Notes under the pieces: generated by a model
Database searches by the model: none
What the model was told of the DNA's origin: nothing
Seen by the model: only the letters and a program-made list of their open reading frames with translations
Source: an uncultured Bacteroidales bacterium
GTDB lineage: Bacteria; Bacteroidota; Bacteroidia; Bacteroidales; UBA932
DNA length: 64,000 bases
Reading direction: 5' to 3'
NCBI GenBank assembly: GCA_944326355.1
Contig: CALVDO010000006.1
Coordinates: forward strand, 16,163 to 80,162
Part shown: piece after piece, positions 1 through 9,062 of the stretch
How the letters are laid out: every line of letters starts with the position of its first letter
Numbering within the stretch: the stretch's first letter is position 1
Position numbers and translations under genes: made by a program

Positions 1-55
1 GTTAAATCAAATCTGACTGCCCGGCCGAAATGCCGCCCGGACATAAAAGCCGCTG

Positions 56-940
56 TCACAGCTGAGTGACCACAGCGTCGTTGTTCTGCAATACTGAGGC
101 GTTCAGCGGGAAGGTAAGGAATTTTCCTGCATTGAAATCCACGAGAGACCTGGTCACGAAAGAGATCTCATGACGGTCCGTCCGGATGCTTATAGAGAAG
201 TCCTTGTCCTTATGGCTGCCCGGAGCGACCACGGCATAGGCCGTGATAATGTCCGTGACCTCAGGAGTGTGATAAAAAGTCAGGTTGAGCGCATTGGACA
301 CTGAAGTCCCGGACGCCATACGCAGCCCCGCGTCAAGATCGGTGAGGCTGTAGAGCCACTCCCCGGTGACCGGGTCACCAGTCGACTCGAGAGTGATGCT
401 CATGACCTTCTCATCCGGCGAGATGCCCTCCACCTCGTCAATGTCCACCTCGAATCTGAGCATTGACGCCATCTGCCTCAGTTTCATCACATATTCATTC
501 TCAGAAGTCTGAGAGATGCTCACAGAAGCCTTGACGTCATACTCCGACACGGAAGTCACGTTGACATACTCCTGATCCTGCGGAATGGAGACAGGGACGG
601 ACGAAATGTCCGTCACCGTCTCATCGTATGGATAGTAGGCATAGGCCGGGACATCCGACAGGCCGATCTCTCCCTGAAACACAGCCTGATAGGACGGCAC
701 AGTGGCCGTATTGGCCATGACGGCATTTGACGCCGAACCGCCGAACACCCCTATGCGGTCTCCGACTGACCACTCCATGAAAAGCTCTCCGGAAGAAATC
801 TCCCCTATCTGGGAGCGCGAGTCCGGGGAGGTCTCTGCGGAAGCGGTGATCCTCACCACTCGCATATCCGCAGACCCGTTTTTGGAGCATCCCGCCGCAA
901 GCAGGGAAACGGCCGCCAGAAGCAGTAACCTGTTCTTCAT
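56..940 (-). CDS. fimbrillin-like surface lipoprotein (hypothetical)
   Basis: ORF 56..1015. The internal ATG at 940 gives MKNRLLLLAAVSLLAAGC, a signal peptide plus lipobox. The N-terminal pattern TSPDSRSQIG...W.VGDRIGVF resembles Bacteroidales fimbrillin-like lipoproteins. It starts 4 nt after the stop of the upstream gene. Confidence 0.45.
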   Translation of the reverse strand: MKNRLLLLAAVSLLAAGCSKNGSADMRVVRITASAETSPDSRSQIGEISSGELFMEWSVGDRIGVFGGSASNAVMANTATVPSYQAVFQGEIGLSDVPAYAYYPYDETVTDISSVPVSIPQDQEYVNVTSVSEYDVKASVSISQTSENEYVMKLRQMASMLRFEVDIDEVEGISPDEKVMSITLESTGDPVTGEWLYSLTDLDAGLRMASGTSVSNALNLTFYHTPEVTDIITAYAVVAPGSHKDKDFSISIRTDRHEISFVTRSLVDFNAGKFLTFPLNASVLQNNDAVVTQL

Positions 941-944
941 ACCT

Positions 945-3458
945 TTACTGGATTGCCGAGCCTTCGGAATCATATCCCGAAGCGTTACTACGGTTACTTG
1001 AAGTTGCCAACGCAAACTTGAAGTTGTTGGTCATGATGAGCGACGGGAGCCGAGTTCCTTCAACATTGTATGTGGTACCATTAAATGTGACTTGATCCAC
1101 TCCCGCGAAATTCATATAGACGACCCCGAGCGGAGTACGGCCTTCGTTCACCAGATTATATATCAAATTAGCGGCATACGGATTAATATACTGCGCAAGC
1201 AAAGCGTTGTTACCACCTTCACCTCTCGACGATCCTGAACCGGGATCAACATTCAGCCAAATCTGACCATCACTGCCACTTGGTTCAGAACCATTTATTG
1301 TCAAATAGTCATGTTTTGTATTGACGGCAGTCTGATAATCGATTATGTCAAAGGACCCTCTATTCCGCCAATACCCACCGAATATCCACGTATATTCATA
1401 TCTTGTAACAGTTGCATATCCAGTACTTAAATGTTCTGAATCGTTGACAACGCAAAATCCGCCCAAGTCATTAATATAAAGATTATTGGTCCGCTGATCT
1501 CCAGTTGTGGCATTATTGGTCCTGGATCTTTCGAACAATTCTGCAATCAAACCCTGCTTGGTCCGAATCAGATCCAGACTTACATCGTTATCCAAGGCGT
1601 AAGCCTCTGTAATGAAATACGGACACAAGCCTACACCATCATATCCGGACAGAGTCGGATTGTTCATCTGCTGCAGATCTTGCAGAGTGACATGTCCACT
1701 ACCTCTATTGCTGCCGATATTCATTTCATGCAAAGTCAAATTCTGGACGCTCGTCCCATAATTTGTAAGGACATTCACATGATTTGAGCTTACTGTCGGC
1801 GAATCCCCCAAATCAGTTGGACAATGTATCATGACGCCGATACCATGTCTCATGGCACCGACTGTTGTAGTGGAAACGATTTCTCGAAAATAGTCAGTAT
1901 CTCCATCATTCTCAGTTGAACCGTCCGCTACTGTATCAGTTCTCGTAGGACTCCATGCATTTACTGCTGAGCATACCGCGTTAAGCCAGTCCTGAGCGCT
2001 ATGGCGCTGCACATAATTGACACCGATTATGACAAACTCTGTAGGCGCGCTGTCAAGTTTGTCCTTAATTGTTGTCAACATTTGAGAAAATGTAATATTA
2101 ACCGGATGACCGGCAATATAAATATAAAGTCCAGGGGTATCTATGCCATAGTCTCTGACATTTCTCAGGTCATCCCTAGTAATATTGTCCAGTTTAACAT
2201 CAAAAGCTCTTACGCCAGCATCGAACTGCTGATCAATATCAATAGTCTGAAATGTCTGCATCCGATCTGTTGCCGGATCATACGAGCCTGCTTCATCATT
2301 ATAAAGCTGGTAAGTGTAGGAATGTTTTGTGCCAGGGAGAGAGAGCTGCGAAGCGAAGAGGACATCGTTGTCAATCATGCTCATCCAGTTGGATGTCTGA
2401 GCAGGATTAATCTTCGGCGTACGCACTTTGATGATCTTTCCATGGACAAGAGTGGGATCTTCTTGATTGCCTGCAGGCACGAGTCGCTGACTAATGGTCT
2501 GCCCGTTCTCAAGAAGCACCGATACCGTAAGTTCACTCGCTTTAATGTCCTGAGGAAGGAGGAAAAACTTTACGTTGAGCTTCTCTCCAGGATTAAGTTC
2601 CAGAGCCACTCCGTTCTCCTGGCAGTCTACCCACGCCAGCCTGTTGCTGTCAGAACCAGGTGACGTGTATGTGAAGTCACCGTTTGCAACATCATAGTTA
2701 AAACTTCCGACAATAGGCTGACTATCGCTTCTTACAGATACGCCAAGAATGTCATACTTCGTACCTCCGGCATTGACCACGACATCAAGCACAAGTACGA
2801 TGGGCTCGAAAGTCAGGGAGACATTTCTCGGCGACTGATCTACATCCGCCGTAGTCGGAGACCATGTTCCGTGTCCGGCCATCATGGCATAAGTCATGTT
2901 CGGAGCGACTATTTTCCAAGTCACGCCACCATTCGTCTTTGTTTGTATATTTCCTCTTTCCTGAGCCACAGGGATGGTAGCAGAAACAACGGTATTCTCT
3001 GTGAGGCCGCTGATTGAGCTCATTCCTCCTGTAGCGTCGTCCACGGTAAGCGGATAGAAGGCATAGAACTCATGCTGCTGAGAGACATCGCCCCAACGGA
3101 CGCCGACTTCACCGTTCTTCTGGAGATAATATCCCGTATTCTCACCAGTGCTCATCACCGTGTAGTCTGCCGACTTGCACTCCTCTGAAGCCTGAGGGCT
3201 GTACACCCTCACCTGATCCTGATTTGCGAGCCAGTTTATCTCCAATGAAGAGTAATTCTGATAATCTCCCGGATCACCATAAATCGTGCGCGTCTGCGGA
3301 GTGTCGGAGGTGTCCTCATTGACAACTGCTCCGAACGCGACCTCGCCTTCATTGACGGTCGGAGGCGTGACGACCTTCTGCTCCAGCTGCTCCTCTACGC
3401 AGCCGGAGAGAACAAGCGCAAGGCTTGAAGCCAAGCATATTCCGATTCTTTTCATCAT
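945..3458 (-). CDS. lipoprotein with a fimbrillin-like N-terminal region fused to a PI-PLC-like (PLC-X TIM barrel) phosphodiesterase domain
   Basis: ORF 945..3503. The ATG at 3458 gives MMKRIGICLASSLALVLSGC (lipobox). The C-terminal ~480 aa (about 945..2396) align by eye with Bacillus PI-PLC: SNWMSMI..LSLPGTKHS, GVRAFDVKL, AGHP, LYINDLGG, YINPYAANLIY, GVVYMNF. Confidence 0.55.
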   Translation of the reverse strand: MMKRIGICLASSLALVLSGCVEEQLEQKVVTPPTVNEGEVAFGAVVNEDTSDTPQTRTIYGDPGDYQNYSSLEINWLANQDQVRVYSPQASEECKSADYTVMSTGENTGYYLQKNGEVGVRWGDVSQQHEFYAFYPLTVDDATGGMSSISGLTENTVVSATIPVAQERGNIQTKTNGGVTWKIVAPNMTYAMMAGHGTWSPTTADVDQSPRNVSLTFEPIVLVLDVVVNAGGTKYDILGVSVRSDSQPIVGSFNYDVANGDFTYTSPGSDSNRLAWVDCQENGVALELNPGEKLNVKFFLLPQDIKASELTVSVLLENGQTISQRLVPAGNQEDPTLVHGKIIKVRTPKINPAQTSNWMSMIDNDVLFASQLSLPGTKHSYTYQLYNDEAGSYDPATDRMQTFQTIDIDQQFDAGVRAFDVKLDNITRDDLRNVRDYGIDTPGLYIYIAGHPVNITFSQMLTTIKDKLDSAPTEFVIIGVNYVQRHSAQDWLNAVCSAVNAWSPTRTDTVADGSTENDGDTDYFREIVSTTTVGAMRHGIGVMIHCPTDLGDSPTVSSNHVNVLTNYGTSVQNLTLHEMNIGSNRGSGHVTLQDLQQMNNPTLSGYDGVGLCPYFITEAYALDNDVSLDLIRTKQGLIAELFERSRTNNATTGDQRTNNLYINDLGGFCVVNDSEHLSTGYATVTRYEYTWIFGGYWRNRGSFDIIDYQTAVNTKHDYLTINGSEPSGSDGQIWLNVDPGSGSSRGEGGNNALLAQYINPYAANLIYNLVNEGRTPLGVVYMNFAGVDQVTFNGTTYNVEGTRLPSLIMTNNFKFALATSSNRSNASGYDSEGSAIQ

Positions 3459-3471
3459 CTCTGCAAAATTT

Positions 3472-3657
3472 TCAGTTCCACTCTTGCTCATTGGAAAAAT
3501 CAAAAATGTTTTCCGTGTCCACCTGCTGATCTTGTATTTTCAGCGACTCGGTGTTTTCCGGCTTCTCATACACGGAGGCGGCCATAAACCCGTTCTCCAC
3601 CTCGACTTCCGTGCGGAAGGTCTGAGGCTTTTCATAATGATTCTTTTTCATACGCAT
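3472..3657 (-). CDS. small acidic hypothetical protein (61 aa)
   Basis: ATG at 3657 (alternative 3651) inside track ORF 3472..3804. The sequence is MRMKKNHYEKPQTFRTEVEVENGFMAASVYEKPENTESLKIQDQQVDTENIFDFSNEQEWN, with no signal peptide. It sits 19 nt after the wzc stop and 13 nt before the next start. Only the packing supports it as coding. Confidence 0.3.
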   Translation of the reverse strand: MRMKKNHYEKPQTFRTEVEVENGFMAASVYEKPENTESLKIQDQQVDTENIFDFSNEQEWN

Positions 3658-3676
3658 ATTGTTTTTATTGTTGATT

Positions 3677-6076
3677 TTAATTGTGTCTTTTCTTTCTGAA
3701 GAAATGTCTGATACGCTTCCATGCGCTCTTCTTCTCTGCGCCGTAGCCATAACCATAACCGTAGCCATAACCATAGCCGTAACCGTACCCATAGCCGTAG
3801 CCATTGCGGCTCAAGTCGGCGCCGTTAAGTACGAGCGCCATGTTGACAAGCTTCTTCTCACTGTACATCTTCCCGATGTCAGGAAGGGCACGGCGGTCGA
3901 GGCGCCCTGCACGCACTACGAATATCGTGAGATCGGCCACCCTGTTGGTGACCATGGCATCCGCCACCAGTCCGACAGGTACACCGTCTGCTATGATATA
4001 GTCATATCGTCGCTTGAGCTCGGCGAAAAGGTCGTCGAGACGGGAGGACAGAAGCAGCTCGGTAGGATTCGGAGCCGAAGATCCTGCCGTCACCATGTCA
4101 GGAACGCCGTGTACATCGCTCTTGTGGAGTATGTCGTCAGCCGTGAGCTTAGGGTTGGCGAGGTAGTCGGTCAGGCCCGTGCCCCGGTGCCCGAAGCTCT
4201 TTGAGAGCGTACCCTTGCGGATGTCAAGATCCACCATCACCACCTTCTTGCCCGTATAGGCAAGGCTCGCGGCAAGATTGACGGAGATGAACGTCTTTCC
4301 CGCACCCTCGTTAATCGAAGTGAGGGTGAACACCTGCGAACGGCCGTCCCTGTCGGTCATGAACGACATGTTGGTGCGCAGAATCCGGAACGCCTCGGAA
4401 AGCACGTCGCGGCTCTTCTCTTCCACTGCGGGGCCCGCCTGATCCCTTTTTCGCTTCAGATGCCTGTCCAGAGGTATCTCTCCGAGGAAAGGTATGTCCA
4501 CGGCATCCTCTATGTCCTTGCGCGTGTGCACCCTCGTGTCGAGAAAGAGCATCATCAGGAAGATGATTCCCGGCACGGCGAGGCCAGCGAGCGCCCCCAG
4601 AATCAGAATCTTGTTGCGGCTCGGAGATACGGGCGACATGCTTCCGTCCGCCTCGTCGATAACCCTCGCGTTGTTGTCGGCCATCGCCTGCGAGAGCGCA
4701 TTCTCCTCACGCCTGTTGAGGAGGAACATGTAGAGGCTCTCCTTTATCTTCTGCTGACGCTCTATCGAGAGCATCTCTCTCTGCTGAGTCGGGATGGAGG
4801 TCATGCGCTCCTGCGCCCTCTGCTCACGGCTGCGCACATCGTTGAGCCGCACGTTGAGACTCACTATCATATTGTCCACGGCGCGGATGATGGTCTGCTT
4901 CATGGCCCTGAGCGAATTGTTGAGCTCCTGCACCACTGGGTTCATCTCGCTGCTGTCGTCTATCAGCTTGTCGCGGCGGAGCTTGATGGCGTTGTACTGG
5001 TTGATCTGCGACTCAATGTTCATGTCGCTGATGCCGGTGTTGGCCGGAATCAGGTCAACTTCCTTCGTCGGGTCGGTCAGATAGCTCTTGATGTAGTCGG
5101 CAAGTTCGAGCTGTGTCTCGAGCTCAAGCACGCTGGAGGTGTATTTCTGCGTCTCCTGCATATACATTCCGGCTGTCGATGAGATGTCGACGACCTGATT
5201 GTCCTTCTTGAATGACTCGAGGTCGGTCTCCACGGAGCCGAGTTCGCGCTCGATGATGATGAGCCTGTCGTTGATGAAATTGGCAGTATTGATGGCCACC
5301 TGGTTCTTGTCGTTGATCGCGTCCTCGTTGTAGACCGTGATGAGCATGTTGAGCACATCCCGGGCGCGCATCGGGGATGCGTCTCTGATTGAAAGGTTGA
5401 GGATGGAAGATTCCTCCCCTTCCTGTCTGATGCCGATAGCGCCCCGGTAGTAAGCCACCATCGACTCGACCGGCATCTTGGTCACAAAGATGTCCCGGCC
5501 TTTCCATGAGCTGTTGTAGTAGTTGGTGCGTGTCACAACCGCACGCACGCCGTCTCCTATGCTGAGAGTGTCGCTGACGGCGGCTGTCATGGCAATGCTC
5601 TTCTTGCCCTGAGGGATGGAGACTCTCACTGAGTCGGCCGTCAGAGGAGTGACTGTCATCGACACCCATCTTCCCGGGATGGCGTCGATGAAGTTGACCG
5701 CCAGCGGAGACTGGGTATAGAGCTCACGCTCGCGAAGCCTGTCCTCCACCTTGTAGCTGACGTCGGCGTGTACCCTTTCGACCACATCCCGAAGCAGCTT
5801 CTTCGAACGGAACTGAAGTATCTCGTTGGCGACATTGACCTTGTTGATGAAATTGTCATAACGGTCAAGTCCTGCCGTGGAGGTCTTGTTGGACGGATCC
5901 TTGATGATCACCGTAGCAGAAGCAAAATACACGAAAGGACGGCTCGCATAGACTATCCATGCCAGGCCCACGAACACCACAAGAGACAGGACGAACCACC
6001 TCCACTTGGAGAGGAGGTACATGAAAAGGTCAATTATGTTGATCTCGTTTTTTCCCGACTGATTCTTTGACTGCAT
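3677..6076 (-). CDS. wzc: polysaccharide co-polymerase / tyrosine autokinase (Wzc-like, PCP2a)
   Basis: 799 aa. It has an N-terminal TM segment, a Wzz-type periplasmic coiled-coil region, a second TM segment and a Walker A motif (SINEGAGKTFISVNLA). VMVDLDIRKG and DYIIADGVPVG are also present, and the C-terminal tail is Tyr-rich. Confidence 0.9.
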   Translation of the reverse strand: MQSKNQSGKNEINIIDLFMYLLSKWRWFVLSLVVFVGLAWIVYASRPFVYFASATVIIKDPSNKTSTAGLDRYDNFINKVNVANEILQFRSKKLLRDVVERVHADVSYKVEDRLRERELYTQSPLAVNFIDAIPGRWVSMTVTPLTADSVRVSIPQGKKSIAMTAAVSDTLSIGDGVRAVVTRTNYYNSSWKGRDIFVTKMPVESMVAYYRGAIGIRQEGEESSILNLSIRDASPMRARDVLNMLITVYNEDAINDKNQVAINTANFINDRLIIIERELGSVETDLESFKKDNQVVDISSTAGMYMQETQKYTSSVLELETQLELADYIKSYLTDPTKEVDLIPANTGISDMNIESQINQYNAIKLRRDKLIDDSSEMNPVVQELNNSLRAMKQTIIRAVDNMIVSLNVRLNDVRSREQRAQERMTSIPTQQREMLSIERQQKIKESLYMFLLNRREENALSQAMADNNARVIDEADGSMSPVSPSRNKILILGALAGLAVPGIIFLMMLFLDTRVHTRKDIEDAVDIPFLGEIPLDRHLKRKRDQAGPAVEEKSRDVLSEAFRILRTNMSFMTDRDGRSQVFTLTSINEGAGKTFISVNLAASLAYTGKKVVMVDLDIRKGTLSKSFGHRGTGLTDYLANPKLTADDILHKSDVHGVPDMVTAGSSAPNPTELLLSSRLDDLFAELKRRYDYIIADGVPVGLVADAMVTNRVADLTIFVVRAGRLDRRALPDIGKMYSEKKLVNMALVLNGADLSRNGYGYGYGYGYGYGYGYGYGYGAEKKSAWKRIRHFFRKKRHN
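3740..3802 (-). repeat. degenerate hexanucleotide repeat encoding (GY)10G in the Wzc tail
   Basis: Codon-by-codon reading gives G-Y x10 using mixed synonymous codons (ggc/ggt/ggg, tac/tat). A basic tail AEKKSAWKRIRHFFRKKRHN follows. Confidence 0.9.
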
Positions 6077-6127
6077 CTCAACTTGGATTTTTGAAGGTCA
6101 GATTGAGGATCGGCAGCTGCCTGTCCG

Positions 6128-6931
6128 TCATTTGTATGAATTTATCGCCCAGAGCACCGAACATACGGCCGTGACGACGGACAGCACAGTCGTGCCGATC
6201 TGCCATCCGCGGTCTTCCGCGTCTTTCTTGAGATACTTAGGCTCCACATATACTATGTCGTTCTGCTGCAGATAGTAGCATGGCGAGTTGAACACTTCCT
6301 TCGTACGGAGGTCCGCCACATACATCTGCCTGCTGTCTCCAACTTCCCGGATCACCGCCACTCTGTCGAGCTTTGCCTTCTGAGTCAGCCCCCCGGCCCT
6401 GGCTATGGCCTCGAACAGAGTCACCCTGTCGCCGGACACGTTATAGTTGCCCTCGCTCCCGACGGCCCCCAGAACCGTGTACTTGAAGTTGAGGAACTCG
6501 ATGGACACAAGCGGGTCCTTCATATAGTTGCCCTGCACGATCCTGTCTCTGATGAAAGCGATGGCCTGTCCTACGGTCATGCCGCCGAGATGAAGCTTGC
6601 CGAGAATGGGAAAGTCGATGTTGCCGTCGACATCCACACGGTAGCCTTCCTCCCTGAGCGAAGAGGCATTGGAATAGGTGCTGATGCTCCCGTCCGCACC
6701 CACCCGGAAACTCCCCTCATGGATGTTGAAAGGGATGGCGAGCTCCGGATTCTTACTGTTGACCGTTATCTTCAGCCTGTCGTCGCTCATGATCACCGCC
6801 TCGTGCTTTATGTCGACAGGATACGGCTCACCCGGAACCATGTCCTGAAGGTACAGAAATGTCTTCGGCGATGCGCACGAACTGAGCAGCAAAGATACTA
6901 CTAAAATTTTGAAAATCAAACCTTTTACCAT
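6128..6931 (-). CDS. wza: polysaccharide export outer-membrane lipoprotein (Wza/BexD family)
   Basis: 267 aa with lipobox LLLSSC. It shows a Poly_export-like region (YLQDM..Y.V...D.L.I.V) and a SLBB-like segment (GAVGSEGNYNVSGDRVTLFEAIARAGG). It lies directly upstream of wzc. Confidence 0.85.
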   Translation of the reverse strand: MVKGLIFKILVVSLLLSSCASPKTFLYLQDMVPGEPYPVDIKHEAVIMSDDRLKITVNSKNPELAIPFNIHEGSFRVGADGSISTYSNASSLREEGYRVDVDGNIDFPILGKLHLGGMTVGQAIAFIRDRIVQGNYMKDPLVSIEFLNFKYTVLGAVGSEGNYNVSGDRVTLFEAIARAGGLTQKAKLDRVAVIREVGDSRQMYVADLRTKEVFNSPCYYLQQNDIVYVEPKYLKKDAEDRGWQIGTTVLSVVTAVCSVLWAINSYK

Positions 6932-6949
6932 ATCAAAAATATCGTTTTT

Positions 6950-7936
6950 TCAATCTAAGTCACCGGCATTCCCGGCACAAGCCCCGCAGGGCTCTTCCGG
7001 CAAGCCAAGCCCCTTGCGGCAGACGGCCACGGCATCGGCATCAGGACGGCATTCGAGAATCCCGACAGGGATCATCTCCGACATCTCCACAAGGGTATCG
7101 CAGAGACAGTCGTACAGCCTCCTGTCTTTTCTTATGACAGAACATCCCGGGAGAAGCACCGAGAAGGCCTCAACGTCACTTTTGGGGACAAACCGGTTCT
7201 CCGACGCCTGCCTGAGACGGACGAGCCCCGCCACGGGAGCCTTCTCATTTCGATAACAGGGAGTCTTTCCGCTCCATGGTGTTCCGAAGGCCACTGCCCG
7301 GCCATTCTCAATGCGCAGAAACGGGTTATCGTCGTTCAGCAGCGTCGCGCCGGGCACAGTCCTGAGCCAAAGCGATGAATGCGTACTCTTGCCGATGCCG
7401 CTTCTGCCGGTGAAGAGATACGCCCTGCCTCCGCAGAGCACAGCCGAGGCATGAATTGACACAGCGCCATGCGGAAGCACAGCCTGCGAGCACGCTATCC
7501 TGAGCATCGAGGAAAGAGTCTGTCCGGCAAAGACGTCGGCCATATCCGTCGATATCACGACCGACTCAAACCTTCTGTCGGCCGTCATCACACAGGCCGC
7601 AGCACCCGGTCTCGAGGTCAGCTCCACCGTATAGCGGTCTCCGTCGGCGAAGAGCGTAGCCCTGCCCATGTCGTTGCTCGTCTCCTCAAGAACTACAGCC
7701 TCCCGGGAGGCTGTCCCGACAGCTGGCTCTGCCGAGGCAGCTACATCCGCGACAAAGAGAGGCTTCTCCCCCTCTTCCGGGACGGCCCTGAACGGGACGA
7801 ACGAGGGCAGCAGTCTGTCGATCACGGCATAGCCCGGCAAAGACGCTCCTTCCGCCCGGCTGAATCCGTCCGCCAGAGCCACTCCGAACAGGAATCCGGC
7901 CACTCTGTAAAAATGTATGTTGTCAGCAGATGCCAT
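6950..7936 (-). CDS. HPr kinase-related (HprK C-terminal/PEPCK-fold) P-loop kinase
   Basis: 328 aa. IHASAVLCGGRAYLFTGRSGIGKSTHSSLW...LLNDDN parallels the HprK segment HGVLVDV.G.GVLI.G.SGIGKSE..L...LVADD. The P-loop is at about 7382..7408. Confidence 0.6.
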   Translation of the reverse strand: MASADNIHFYRVAGFLFGVALADGFSRAEGASLPGYAVIDRLLPSFVPFRAVPEEGEKPLFVADVAASAEPAVGTASREAVVLEETSNDMGRATLFADGDRYTVELTSRPGAAACVMTADRRFESVVISTDMADVFAGQTLSSMLRIACSQAVLPHGAVSIHASAVLCGGRAYLFTGRSGIGKSTHSSLWLRTVPGATLLNDDNPFLRIENGRAVAFGTPWSGKTPCYRNEKAPVAGLVRLRQASENRFVPKSDVEAFSVLLPGCSVIRKDRRLYDCLCDTLVEMSEMIPVGILECRPDADAVAVCRKGLGLPEEPCGACAGNAGDLD

Positions 7937-7940
7937 TGTG

Positions 7941-9062
7941 TCAGTCGGCGCTTCTTCTCTGTCCGGACAGGAGTTCCAGAAAGACCGACAGGGTCTCTTC
8001 CGGAGCCACAGTCATCGAAAAGCCGCTGTTGCGAAGAAATGACGCAGCGGTATTGATCTTGCGTCTGAGCGAAGACGCCTCTCCGTCTGCCGCCTCCGGA
8101 ACGAACCTCCCGAAATTTCCTCCGCTGATTATCAGGTCGAGAAGAGCGTCAGGACTTGCCGAGAAGTCCTGATACGGAAGCAGCCCGGGGTCAAGGCCGA
8201 GACAGCCGACCATGAACGACTGCAGCACACGGGTCCATTTCCGTATTCCGGCCCGGCGGATCAGAGACTCAGCCTCATTCCCGTCTATCTCATCGTGCAG
8301 GAAGGCGCAGGCCACGGCCATGTCGCACACCTGTCTCAGCCCTACTCCCCTACCTACCGCGTGCTTGAGTATATGCAGATTGAGCATCAGAAGCTTAAGC
8401 ATCGGGCTCGGCACTCTGACAAGCACTCTCGATCCGGATGCAGCCCCCGCTACGATCTGACTGTCCTCAAATCCGTATTCAGACTCAAGCCTCTCAGCAA
8501 CTTTCTTTCTGAACGGGCTGTATATGTCGAGAAGCCGCCTGTGATGCTCTACCGGAATGCCATTCCACGAATAGCAGTCACTTCCGTCGGGAGCGCGTCT
8601 CACCCGGCATCCGTGTCCGGAAACAATGGCTGAAGCCTCGGCCTGCTCTTCCTCAGAGGTAAAGTAGAAATCTATGTCGCCGCACTCGCGCAACATCGGA
8701 TGAGCATACATCGCAGCCACGTCATGTCCCTTCTGGAGCACGGGAGAAATGCCGTTCTGACGGAACAGCAGACACAACTCGCCGAGAGCTTCGCCCATTC
8801 TCGCATTCCTGCGCTCAATAGCGTCGGCCTTGGCTGCCCATCTGACGAGAATCCCCACAGGCGGCTCCATAGGCTCTGGCAGGTGATGAAGTCCGAGATA
8901 TGCGACTCCTGTCACTGTCTGCCTTTCAGCCAGAGCAAGCACCTCTTCCCAAGCCTTCCCAGACAGAGGTCGGGCGGCAGGCAGCGAGGCATCAGGACGT
9001 CCCCAGAGTCCCGACCGAAGCAGAGAAAAAAGCATATCGATATTTCCGTCAGTCCTTTTCAT
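7941..9062 (-). CDS. uncharacterised nucleotidyltransferase family protein (PF14907/NTP_transf_5-like)
   Basis: ORF 7941..9086, with a probable start at 9062 or 9035. The motif LQKGHDVAAMYAHPMLRECGDIDFYF matches the LKG...Y....R..GDID hallmark of this family. The rest of the protein is helical. Confidence 0.6.
   Translation of the reverse strand: MKRTDGNIDMLFSLLRSGLWGRPDASLPAARPLSGKAWEEVLALAERQTVTGVAYLGLHHLPEPMEPPVGILVRWAAKADAIERRNARMGEALGELCLLFRQNGISPVLQKGHDVAAMYAHPMLRECGDIDFYFTSEEEQAEASAIVSGHGCRVRRAPDGSDCYSWNGIPVEHHRRLLDIYSPFRKKVAERLESEYGFEDSQIVAGAASGSRVLVRVPSPMLKLLMLNLHILKHAVGRGVGLRQVCDMAVACAFLHDEIDGNEAESLIRRAGIRKWTRVLQSFMVGCLGLDPGLLPYQDFSASPDALLDLIISGGNFGRFVPEAADGEASSLRRKINTAASFLRNSGFSMTVAPEETLSVFLELLSGQRRSAD

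Noticed and set aside
3658-3804. N-terminal extension of track ORF 3472..3804 (MATAMGTVTAMVMATVMVMA...)
   Set aside because: This is the alternative-frame reading of the Wzc (GY)10 repeat and overlaps the wzc 3' end. Only the part downstream of the ATG at 3657 is considered a possible gene.
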